Source of the DNA: a virus
Lineage: Duplodnaviria > Caudoviricetes
DNA: 60,351 bases
Reading direction: 5' to 3' (one strand)
Virus record (IMG/VR): IMGVR_UViG_3300034121_000953
Span: 1-60,351 of that record
Shown piece by piece: positions 9,843 through 17,716 of this stretch (positions are counted from its first letter, which is position 1; each line of letters starts with the position of its first letter). The notes beneath the pieces are model-generated. The model was not told the origin of the DNA. It did no database searches and worked only from the letters and a program-made list of their open reading frames with translations. The position numbers and the translations under genes were made by a program.

Positions 9843-11480
9843 TTACAACCACTTTGTTTCTATTTGTTGAAATGAACCCATCTTTTGTGAGAAAGGTACA
9901 CTGTTTGTTGTTAATCTGTCGCCATGTGTCCTGATAACTTCAAGAACAATGGCTAGAGCTATCACTGTATCATCATTATACCCGGAAGAAGCATTAGTTT
10001 TACCATTATCCGTGGATACATAGTTCATAAGCTCACCAATAATTGTCCGAGAAGGAATCAGGATCTCTTCCTGCTCAATAGCATTCTTTAAAAATCCAAT
10101 AATAGCCGGTTTACTTGAGGAGGTAGTCCTCCACCCAATACGGTTACCCTCTTCCTTGGATACATTAGCCATCTTTGTCTGATAATACATGTTGACATAG
10201 TTCATCTGGGTAAGTCTGTTGAGAGTAGCAATTCCCATTGAGTTCGATTCCACAGCAAGTAATGCGTTATTGTAGTAACGACCCAAATAAAACAGAAGAT
10301 CGCCAAACTGACTGGGATCAATAGTGTTATTCCTGTAAACAGCACATACCTCCTTCTTTGCATTCATAACCACACATGATGAGTAGTCTTTGCTGACACC
10401 AAGGGATACATCAGCTCCTATGGCAAATGAATCTTCAAAAGTAGGATACTTAAATATTTCAATTGAACCTTGTCGGGCATCTTCCATCATACGAGATGTA
10501 AAGTTAAACTCTCTGTGGGCAAGAATAGGTTGTGGAATCAATTGAGATAACTTCTCAAGATTAAATACATTAGATCCTGAAACAAGAAAAGCTTCTTCCC
10601 ATGTGGAAGGGTACTCTTGTCTGAACTTATCAACACCACTCTCTGCAATCTTAAGCCTTCTCCAGTACAATTGGTCATCATTTAATAAGTGTCTGGTGAC
10701 AAGTATTTCTTCTTCAGATGTTCTTTCAAAACCATCAGGTGAGCTTCGACTGTACTCAGGCATAAGAAACCACGGAACAAAAATAGGTATATAATCATTC
10801 TCCCCGGCAATAGCGCCTAGCCACAGCCTGTGAAATTCATTACCAATGCCATTAGCCGTGGACTCAAGAATAACTTCTGTGCCGGGAGCTTCGGAGATAC
10901 CCTGAAATAATCCTGAGAGAATCTTGGTGTCATGACCCCAGAATGCTACCTCTGAAAGGTGACAAATAGTGGGAGTCTGTCCTCGACCTGCTTCTGGAGC
11001 GCCTGCTGTAAAGAGCCTGTACCCGGAATCATTGTGCAGGAATTGAATCTCTTTTGCATTAGACTTTTTGAACTCTGGCCTGAAGGCTGGATCCATGTAG
11101 TCAATAATGTTACGGGACATTGTGAATAGTGCATCAGAAGTGGCTGCATCATGTGCCATGACAACTGACTTGTGAAATGGGTTAAGGTATGCTTTCCAGT
11201 AGACTCTGGATGTGGTGAATGTGGAAAGGCCCATCTGTCGTGCTTTGAGAATGATAGCTCTGACTTTACCCTGTTCCTTTAATTGTTTCTCAATAGCTGT
11301 ATTTACAATATGTTGTGCTGCATTGAAGTTAAAAGGTAGGAACCCCTTGGAAGAATCCTTGGGGAGAATTTTGATCTGTTCTTTGGCAAATAGCTCGAAG
11401 TCGTTTCGATATTCATCAAGCTTGGCTCTTTTCTTCAGTTCTCTGAGTGCCTTTAGCTTTGTACCATTGTCTATGGTCAT
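9843..11480 (-). CDS. terL: Terminase large subunit
   Basis: ILKARQMGLST Walker A, HLSEVAFW Walker B, ESTANG motif, IGADVS and DDTVIALAI nuclease motifs. Confidence 0.95.
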   Translation of the reverse strand: MTIDNGTKLKALRELKKRAKLDEYRNDFELFAKEQIKILPKDSSKGFLPFNFNAAQHIVNTAIEKQLKEQGKVRAIILKARQMGLSTFTTSRVYWKAYLNPFHKSVVMAHDAATSDALFTMSRNIIDYMDPAFRPEFKKSNAKEIQFLHNDSGYRLFTAGAPEAGRGQTPTICHLSEVAFWGHDTKILSGLFQGISEAPGTEVILESTANGIGNEFHRLWLGAIAGENDYIPIFVPWFLMPEYSRSSPDGFERTSEEEILVTRHLLNDDQLYWRRLKIAESGVDKFRQEYPSTWEEAFLVSGSNVFNLEKLSQLIPQPILAHREFNFTSRMMEDARQGSIEIFKYPTFEDSFAIGADVSLGVSKDYSSCVVMNAKKEVCAVYRNNTIDPSQFGDLLFYLGRYYNNALLAVESNSMGIATLNRLTQMNYVNMYYQTKMANVSKEEGNRIGWRTTSSSKPAIIGFLKNAIEQEEILIPSRTIIGELMNYVSTDNGKTNASSGYNDDTVIALAIVLEVIRTHGDRLTTNSVPFSQKMGSFQQIETKWL

Positions 11481-11595
11481 GAGTTGTTTGTCCTTGTGTC
11501 CTTATTGGTTATCTATTTACCTGATAACATTGATCGGGCTATATCTGCTGCGAACGCTGTGAAGGGGGGGTCTATCATGTATGTCCCTTCGTAAT

Positions 11596-12093
11596 TTATT
11601 TGTGTAATTTTTTACTTTCAGCTATTTCTCTTGGAACAAAAAATTCTTTATCTTGACGTCTTGAAAATTCCTTTGCCGGGTGTCCTTCAGGTAATTTTGA
11701 TATACGCATTTGTTCTGCTTCTTTTGAGGGAATTTTAACTTTATAAAGGCTTCCCCCTTTTTGAACATCATCAAGATACCATTTAGCCTCTGCTAAGTCA
11801 TCAGTAAACCATCGACCTGTGGCGTCTACTGTAGCTTTATATTCTGGAGTGCTGCGCATCCACTCAGATACTTTTGGATTAGCAATACTTGGAGCTTCTG
11901 CTCTGTATAGCGTAGTCATTGGTTGTGTAGCTGCTTTTACTAATCCTATTGCTGGACGTGCAAGAGGGGCTAAGACAGCTTCAGGGTAAGAACCTTCAAG
12001 AGCTTGACGTTGTTCTAAATATTTACGGTAATCAGGATTATTCATGTCGGATTGCCTCTGTAATACGCTGGTAAATGCTTTTTCTCCGGACAT
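11596..12093 (-). CDS. Hypothetical protein, possible ADP-ribosyltransferase-like fold
   Basis: 165 aa with AAGGAG RBS; TLYRAE...GRWFTDDLAEAKWY...LYKVKI...EFFVP pattern. Fold call is tentative. Confidence 0.55.
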   Translation of the reverse strand: MSGEKAFTSVLQRQSDMNNPDYRKYLEQRQALEGSYPEAVLAPLARPAIGLVKAATQPMTTLYRAEAPSIANPKVSEWMRSTPEYKATVDATGRWFTDDLAEAKWYLDDVQKGGSLYKVKIPSKEAEQMRISKLPEGHPAKEFSRRQDKEFFVPREIAESKKLHK

Positions 12094-12191
12094 GATGCTC
12101 CTTAGTTTTATAAAAAATTATAATAAATTTTCTGGGAGGAAAACTTGTTGTAATTTTCTTAGGGTGGCCCTGCCTGTGTGAGAAAGAATCA

Positions 12192-12813
12192 GGTGTTGTT
12201 GTTGGCTTCCCCTGTTTTCCTTGCGTGGCCCCCTTGTTTCCCTTGGGCGGTCTGCTGGTGCGGTGGTCGCTGTTCCTTCCTTGCGTCTCTCCTTTGGGTC
12301 TGCTCGCGTTTGGGTTGGTTCTTCCTTGTTCTCGTTGGGCGTCTTGCCCGGTCTTTGCGGTTCGTCCGCTTGTGAGGTGTCTTGTGGTTTCTTCTTCTGT
12401 TCTCTCTGGCGTTGCTGCGTCCTTGGTTCGCTCTTTCGCTGTTCCTGGCGCTGCTGCCGCTGCGGTTGCTGGGCCGGTTGCCTTTGCCTGTCCTCTGGTT
12501 TCGGGTTCTGGTGTTCCTGCTTTGCTTCGTGTTGGTTCTCGCGTTGTCCCGTCTTCTTCGTTCCTGCCTGTTTGTTCTGGCGTGGTTTCGTCGCTGTCGT
12601 GGGACGCTCGTCGCTTGGCTGTTGTGGCTGTGGTTGGTGGGCGCTCGTTGGTGTGCTTGGCTTCGGGGCTTGGCGGTGTTGGGTCTCCTGCTGCTGTGGC
12701 GCTGGTTGCTGCCCTTCGTGTTGCCCGTGCCTCCGGTGCGGTGGTTGACGTCTGGGGTGCTCCTGGTTCTTCCGGTCGTGTGTGCCCTGGCTACTTCTGT
12801 GGCGTGTCGTTGT
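12192..12813 (+). other. Adenine-depleted tract (4 A in 622 nt on the + strand)
   Basis: Direct count: A only at 12375, 12604, 12748 and 12793. Confidence 0.97.
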
Positions 12814-12815
12814 AA
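12384..12815 (+). CDS. A-free early gene (143 aa), probable paralog of 13799-14128
   Basis: GAGGTG Shine-Dalgarno at 12374-12379, GTG start at 12384, TAA stop; the three internal A's are the middle bases of Asp, Asp and Tyr codons in this frame. Confidence 0.75.
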   Translation: MVSSSVLSGVAASLVRSFAVPGAAAAAVAGPVAFACPLVSGSGVPALLRVGSRVVPSSSFLPVCSGVVSSLSWDARRLAVVAVVGGRSLVCLASGLGGVGSPAAVALVAALRVARASGAVVDVWGAPGSSGRVCPGYFCGVSL

Positions 12816-12885
12816 GGTCTTTCCCGGTTGGCTCTTTTGCTGGTGCCTCCCGAGAGCGTCTTTGCGTTCTACCTTCTCGGTTATG

Positions 12886-12915
12886 AGAGACCATTGCAAG
12901 GGGTATGTTCCTTGC
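12886..12915 (+). promoter_or_regulatory. Early hairpin motif, copy 1
   Basis: AGAGACC ATT GCAAGG GGTATGTT CCTTGC, just upstream of the ATG at 12927. Confidence 0.6.
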
Positions 12916-12926
12916 TGGAGACTGTT

Positions 12927-13427
12927 ATGGCTAAACGCTACAACCGCATTTGTACCCTCACCAGCCGCCGTACTAACGGTAACGCTGGCCCTTGGGGCAT
13001 TCAGATTGGCCACCCTTGTGGGTTCTTGGCTACGTCCCGGCACCTTTGTTCTCGTCCTGCCTTGTCTAAGGCTGTTGGAGATTTCCTTTTCTCCGATGCC
13101 TCTATGTCCGGTGACTTCGAGGATATGCTGATGATGATGACCGTGTATAAGCTCAAGGTGAGTAAGCGTGTTAAACTTCACCTCAAACAATGGGTGAAGG
13201 CTGGTTGCCCTACATGGAAGAAGAACAGTGCTTTAAGCGCTGGTTTGGTTAAGCTTTACACAGGTAAGTTTGATCGTGAAGTCTCCACATACTACGATGT
13301 GCGTGATGTGAGTAGCAAGTTCTGGAATGCGGCTGACGGTGAATTACCGGTTGATTGTGATGGTGAACCCGTTATCAACTTTGATGAGACCGGTGCTCTG
13401 ATTACTGTGGAGGTGAACAATGTCTAA
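12927..13427 (+). CDS. Early hypothetical protein
   Basis: GGAG RBS and ATG at 12927 (MAKRYNRIC...), in frame with track ORF 12828-13427. Confidence 0.7.
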   Translation: MAKRYNRICTLTSRRTNGNAGPWGIQIGHPCGFLATSRHLCSRPALSKAVGDFLFSDASMSGDFEDMLMMMTVYKLKVSKRVKLHLKQWVKAGCPTWKKNSALSAGLVKLYTGKFDREVSTYYDVRDVSSKFWNAADGELPVDCDGEPVINFDETGALITVEVNNV

Positions 13428-13605
13428 GCTGTTCCACGTTGCCATCGGGATTGTATGGTTCTACATGGCAATGTCCTTGCTAGAGCTGTTCGAGCAGGGC
13501 AACTTTGGCCTGTTCCATGTAGCAGCGATGTTTTTGTGTGGGGGTGTAGCCTTCACACAGGTGAAGATACTGCTGGAAGAAGCAGCAGATACAATGAGGT
13601 ATTAA
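13420..13605 (+). CDS. Small membrane protein (two hydrophobic segments)
   Basis: GGAGGTG RBS; 61 aa, hydrophobic. Confidence 0.65.
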   Translation: MSKLFHVAIGIVWFYMAMSLLELFEQGNFGLFHVAAMFLCGGVAFTQVKILLEEAADTMRY

Positions 13606-13606
13606 T

Positions 13607-13714
13607 ATGTACTACGTATACAATCGCTTGACCGATAAGCTAGTCCTTAAAACTACAGAGATATGGCTGCTCAAGCTATACTCTCCATTGCTCTACGAAG
13701 TGGTGATTCTTTAA
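13607..13714 (+). CDS. Small hypothetical protein (35 aa)
   Basis: GAGGT RBS; MYYVYNRLTDKLVLK...VVIL*. Confidence 0.45.
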   Translation: MYYVYNRLTDKLVLKTTEIWLLKLYSPLLYEVVIL

Positions 13715-13739
13715 ATCCACCTGAGCTCTGCTCATTAAC

Positions 13740-13768
13740 AGAGACCTGCCACGGGTATGTACATGGCA
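13740..13768 (+). promoter_or_regulatory. Early hairpin motif, copy 2
   Basis: AGAGACC TGCCACG GGTATGTA CATGGCA, upstream of the ATG at 13799. Confidence 0.6.
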
Positions 13769-13798
13769 CCTTGTTCCCTAACTTAATGGAGTCCTATC

Positions 13799-14128
13799 AT
13801 GGCTACAGCAAACAAACCTTTCGTTCCTTCCTTCAAAGTATCTGCTAAAATGGAAGTACCATTTATCACCAATAATCCTAATATGGGTGATCGTGTCAGT
13901 CAACCAACTAAGATCACTGATCTTTCTTTTAATGAGGTGACAAGGTCTATTGAGGTGACCTGCGATGATCGTCGTAAGCGTCAGTGCCGTATTGATCGTC
14001 TGTCTAATGACAAGATGGTCAAGGATCTTCAGAAAGCTCTGCAAGAAGCGTATGACAAGAAAGTATCCGTGCAGTTTGTAGCTGCAGGTGGTGCTGATGC
14101 CAACGTGTGGTTCTACCGGGTGATGTAA
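13799..14128 (+). CDS. Early hypothetical protein (109 aa), normal-composition paralog of the A-free gene
   Basis: GGAG RBS; aligns by eye with the 12384-12815 product. Confidence 0.75.
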   Translation: MATANKPFVPSFKVSAKMEVPFITNNPNMGDRVSQPTKITDLSFNEVTRSIEVTCDDRRKRQCRIDRLSNDKMVKDLQKALQEAYDKKVSVQFVAAGGADANVWFYRVM

Positions 14129-14156
14129 TCAATTGCTCTTCTCGGGCATACAACGG

Positions 14157-14187
14157 AGAGACCATGACAGAGGGTAAGTACTCTGTC
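14157..14187 (+). promoter_or_regulatory. Early hairpin motif, copy 3
   Basis: AGAGACC AT GACAGAG GGTAAGTA CTCTGTC, upstream of the ATG at 14222. Confidence 0.6.
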
Positions 14188-14221
14188 GGCCCTTCAATTC
14201 AAATCAAAAGAGAAACCAATC

Positions 14222-14470
14222 ATGAAACAATATCTTTTATTAATGCCTCTTAAAGCATCAGACCTTAGCATAGAAAAAGAAGAGTTTGCTGAAGCAGCAG
14301 CTGAATGGGGAGCCAAACTGGTGGTATCAAAAACCATAACAGGAGCTACAACTAGATTCCTGATTACTCAAACACTTGAAGCGATGGCTCAACTGTGTTC
14401 TAACTGTGACCTTGAAGGGACAGTTGTAGAGGTAACAGGGATATACGATCAGGAGATTGAAGAAGAGTAA
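14222..14470 (+). CDS. Early hypothetical protein
   Basis: 82-aa ORF with an acidic C-terminus. Confidence 0.65.
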   Translation: MKQYLLLMPLKASDLSIEKEEFAEAAAEWGAKLVVSKTITGATTRFLITQTLEAMAQLCSNCDLEGTVVEVTGIYDQEIEEE

Positions 14471-15152
14471 CTAAGTATATTATATAATATACCTCATGAA
14501 TCACTCTTTAAGGTTATCTTTATTTGTTTATTCTTTTAAAGATAAATAAATAAAAGAATTAACTTTAAAGGGTAACTACCAAGTATTACTCAGAGCCCAC
14601 TAACTAAGCCCACTCATGAATACATTATATAATTATATATAGGAGTGGGGACTGGAAGATACCATCTAGACATGTTTTCCGGATTAAACCGAGTTGTAGT
14701 CCCCACTACTACAACAACATCATCTAGACTGTGCTACACTGAGCACTGGTCAAACTGTCACCTGCAAATTACCTCTCTATTAGGTACCGACTAGAATAGG
14801 AGGAACCCCGACTAAATAGTCTCCTATTAGGTACCGACTAGAATTACTAGAAAGGATTACACTAAGCATCACTTCTCTATTAGGTACCGGCTAGAATTAC
14901 TGGTCAATTGTCATCCAAATGATGTTTGGGCGACAATTAGGCGGTAACTGTCACAAAAAATGACAGTTGGTAGTCGCTTTTTGTGTGTGCTTGTCGTGAA
15001 TGAGCAATTACCAGTCGCAACTACACCAAGCACCACTCCAAGCTACACCAAGCACCACTCACAATGTCACATCTAAGCAATTAAAGGTCACAACTACACT
15101 AAATGAAAATTACACCAAAACTAACCCAATAAATCAAACATAACCAAATCAT
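14471..15152. other. Non-coding control region, candidate replication origin
   Basis: No ORF; AT-rich imperfect inverted repeat at ~14505-14570, GTGGGGACT/AGTCCCCAC inverted repeat at 14646-14706, three promoter motifs, tandem CTACACCAAGCACCACTC at ~15021-15060. Confidence 0.55.
14777..14893 (-). promoter_or_regulatory. Cluster of three putative phage RNAP promoters
   Basis: Motif copies at 14777-14793, 14824-14840 and 14877-14893, all pointing left. Confidence 0.7.
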
Positions 15153-15371
15153 ATGAAATACTTATTCCAAGACAAAAACACCCAAGTACTGTCGCCAATA
15201 GCTGGCAGTGTATTTCTGCCTAACCATGCTGAAATTGAATACTCATTCTCACCATCAAGAATATATACCACACTAAATATCGATGGCTGCTGCTTCTCAA
15301 ATGCTGATATCGATGATCTAAAAGAATTACTGACTGCCCTTCAAACACAACTAGTAACAGAACATCCATGA
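15153..15371 (+). CDS. Hypothetical protein
   Basis: First ORF of a tightly packed small-gene array. Confidence 0.6.
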   Translation: MKYLFQDKNTQVLSPIAGSVFLPNHAEIEYSFSPSRIYTTLNIDGCCFSNADIDDLKELLTALQTQLVTEHP

Positions 15372-15679
15372 AATCATCTGAAATACTAACAGCAGTAAAA
15401 CCACTATTATGGGATGGTAAACAACCTAATCGCGAAATAGAAAAAAGATTTATATGCTATGCCGTAAAAACAGTATGCTATGATAACCCTCTGCTATATG
15501 AAAAACAACAAATCATATTAGAACACATCACAACATTACTAGAAGGACACTACGTATTTGAACAATGGTTACGATCAAAAGGAATTAAAAAACCAGATAA
15601 CAGCCCAAAAAAACTGATGAAAACAAGACAAATGTGGGTCAATAATATGATCAAATATTTCAAATCAAAAGGTGACTAA
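15368..15679 (+). CDS. Hypothetical protein
   Basis: ATGA overlap with the previous ORF; 103 aa. Confidence 0.65.
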   Translation: MKSSEILTAVKPLLWDGKQPNREIEKRFICYAVKTVCYDNPLLYEKQQIILEHITTLLEGHYVFEQWLRSKGIKKPDNSPKKLMKTRQMWVNNMIKYFKSKGD

Positions 15680-15680
15680 T

Positions 15681-15857
15681 ATGTTATACACACTGGTACT
15701 CTACATGATTCTTCAACTAGGCCCAAACGCAGCAATAATGACAACAGCCTACATTCCTGATATTCCCTCAGAAGAATACTGTGAATACCTTGGTACGCTA
15801 TTCGAGTCAGAACATCTCTGCGTACCTTCAAAAAGTCTCAACCTAAACAACATCTAA
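15681..15857 (+). CDS. Small hypothetical protein with hydrophobic N-terminus
   Basis: AAGGTG RBS, ATG at 15681. Confidence 0.5.
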   Translation: MLYTLVLYMILQLGPNAAIMTTAYIPDIPSEEYCEYLGTLFESEHLCVPSKSLNLNNI

Positions 15858-15858
15858 T

Positions 15859-16182
15859 ATGTCCAAAATAATCATATCAACACAAATATATGAAAACTAT
15901 GCAGCACATGACTGGGATGGTGTCAACCCAGAAGTATGCCCTGAATACTGGAAATCAAAAGGAGGTAATGACTACGCACTACTCAACTTCAAAGGTAATG
16001 AAGATGATGCCACCAAACAAGTAATGGCTGTCAGAGAACAAATAGAAACAGACAACTATGCCTACCGTGAGCACATCATCAACTACCAAACCGTAGATGA
16101 TGACTACATAACAGAATACGAAACATATCAAATGAAATATGACGGTTCTATCAAATACCCAACCAAAGTAATCTCACTATGA
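15859..16182 (+). CDS. Hypothetical phage protein
   Basis: IISTQIYENYAAHDWDG...YWKSKGG; 107 aa. Confidence 0.7.
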   Translation: MSKIIISTQIYENYAAHDWDGVNPEVCPEYWKSKGGNDYALLNFKGNEDDATKQVMAVREQIETDNYAYREHIINYQTVDDDYITEYETYQMKYDGSIKYPTKVISL

Positions 16183-16502
16183 ACACTATCACAATTCAAA
16201 TTGATTCAGTTGACTTCGAAAAACAAGACATCTCGCTCACATCAGACCAAGTACTCGGCCTGTACCAACTGAAAAAAGAACAATCAACACGTATCATTGA
16301 ACTTGAAAAAGAAATCAAACAAAAAGAAACTAACCTCAAATACAAAGACGATAATCTGACAGAAGTCAAAAATGAACTACAACAAGGTCATGCTCTGTTG
16401 TCAGCTCTGGGAGTAAAAGAAAAAACAGAAGAAGAGGAAGTATACTACCGTAAACCACTGTCTATCACCACACGCTTAGCCATCTATCTGGCAACAAAAT
16501 AA
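16179..16502 (+). CDS. Hypothetical coiled-coil protein
   Basis: ATGA overlap; 107 aa. Confidence 0.65.
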   Translation: MNTITIQIDSVDFEKQDISLTSDQVLGLYQLKKEQSTRIIELEKEIKQKETNLKYKDDNLTEVKNELQQGHALLSALGVKEKTEEEEVYYRKPLSITTRLAIYLATK

Positions 16503-16511
16503 AGAAATAAA

Positions 16512-16760
16512 ATGGAACTATACCGTACATCTGAATCATACTACCACCTAAAACTAACCCAAGAAGAAGCTCAAGTTCTATTTGATATAACCCACTATAT
16601 AGGAGGTATAGCCAAAAACACAGACGGAACAACAGCACCACGAGGACATATACAAAAAATAAAAGAAGAATTCAAATCACAATTTAATTTTGAAACTAAA
16701 CACGAGTTATCAGGCTCAATATACTTCAAAGTCAATATACTTCAAAGATTAACCATATGA
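16512..16760 (+). CDS. Hypothetical protein
   Basis: 82 aa in the packed array. Confidence 0.6.
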   Translation: MELYRTSESYYHLKLTQEEAQVLFDITHYIGGIAKNTDGTTAPRGHIQKIKEEFKSQFNFETKHELSGSIYFKVNILQRLTI

Positions 16761-16948
16761 AAATGATCAAGTCACATGAAGCAGTTCTCACCCACCAAAC
16801 CCGATACAACCTGCAACTAACACCCGCAGAACTTTTCGATCTCAGGTTAATGCTGATCAGCTTACGTGACAGCAACTGTAGCAATATAAAAATGTACTAT
16901 AGTAATATCATCTCAAACATAATCATAGCAACTGATACAAATGAATGA
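16757..16948 (+). CDS. Hypothetical protein
   Basis: ATGA overlap; 63 aa. Confidence 0.5.
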   Translation: MKMIKSHEAVLTHQTRYNLQLTPAELFDLRLMLISLRDSNCSNIKMYYSNIISNIIIATDTNE

Positions 16949-17138
16949 ACAACCAGAAGCCCTGCGGCTGGCTGATCGACTTGACCTATATGCAGCCGGT
17001 GATAAGCACCAGCGAGACACAGAAGAAGCCGCCGCTGAACTGCGCCGACTCCATGAAGAAAACGCTAAACTGTTTAAAATATTAAAAGAAAAAATAGAAA
17101 AAGAAACTATCGCATACTGGCAAAGACAACATGGATAA
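16941..17138 (+). CDS. Hypothetical protein (EQPEALRLAD...AAAELRRLH type)
   Basis: Motif typical of small accessory phage proteins. Confidence 0.6.
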   Translation: MNEQPEALRLADRLDLYAAGDKHQRDTEEAAAELRRLHEENAKLFKILKEKIEKETIAYWQRQHG

Positions 17139-17237
17139 TAATGATCTATTTGAATACAGCTGGCTTGATTGCTACCTTGCAATTATCCTGACACTGTGTA
17201 CTGCAATAGCGTTAATATCTGTTCTAAAATATATGCT

Positions 17238-17468
17238 ATGAAACTACCTGAACCAAATTTAATCAACAAGTACCCGACACCGGGGCACTACACCACCGAA
17301 CAAATGTTGGCATGGGGCAAAGCCTGTGCCGAGGCAGAACGCGAGGAATGCGCGAAAGTGTGCGAAACGCCAATAGACGAAATACAGATTACAGACGATT
17401 GCGCGGAAACCGTTTATATGGGAGCAACTGAATGCGCCGCCGCCATCAGAGCAAGGGGAAACACATGA
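17238..17468 (+). CDS. Accessory protein ending AEREECAKVCE...AAAIRARGNT
   Basis: Likely ATG at 17238; C-terminus shared with the next gene. Confidence 0.6.
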   Translation: MKLPEPNLINKYPTPGHYTTEQMLAWGKACAEAEREECAKVCETPIDEIQITDDCAETVYMGATECAAAIRARGNT

Positions 17469-17716
17469 CTAAAGATGACATCATCGACATGGCGCAAGAG
17501 GCGGGGTTTGTTGAATACGAGCTTGATGACGGGACTACTAACGCTTTTGATATACGTTATCAACGCTTTGCCAACCTTGTTGCCGAGCATGAGCGAGAGG
17601 CTTGCGAGATGGCGGTAGAAGACATTGCGCGGAAGTACCAACAAGCACATGAAGTAAGCGCAGAAAATGTTGCAGATGCTTGTGCTTACGCTATCAGAGC
17701 AAGGGGAAACACATGA
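17465..17716 (+). CDS. Accessory protein MTKDDIIDMAQEAG...AIRARGNT
   Basis: AAGGGG RBS and ATGA coupling within a 25-bp repeat. Confidence 0.65.
   Translation: MTKDDIIDMAQEAGFVEYELDDGTTNAFDIRYQRFANLVAEHEREACEMAVEDIARKYQQAHEVSAENVADACAYAIRARGNT

Noticed and set aside
12192-12815. A-free tract as a product of DGR adenine mutagenesis
   Set aside because: No reverse transcriptase and no near-identical A-containing template in the window; similarity to 13799-14128 is only at distant protein level.
12118-13190. Long overlapping ORFs in other frames (12118-12894 -, 12189-13190 -, 12221-12748 +, 12382-13131 +, 12178-12375 +)
   Set aside because: Stop codons need both T and A, so an A-free strand leaves all six frames open. 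Only the 12384-12815 frame has an SD, uses the A's as obligatory codon positions and resembles another protein.
14777-14893. Three repeats with spacers resembling a mini-CRISPR array
   Set aside because: Repeats are only 17 bp, spacing is uneven, the same motif occurs singly upstream of genes elsewhere, and no cas genes are present.
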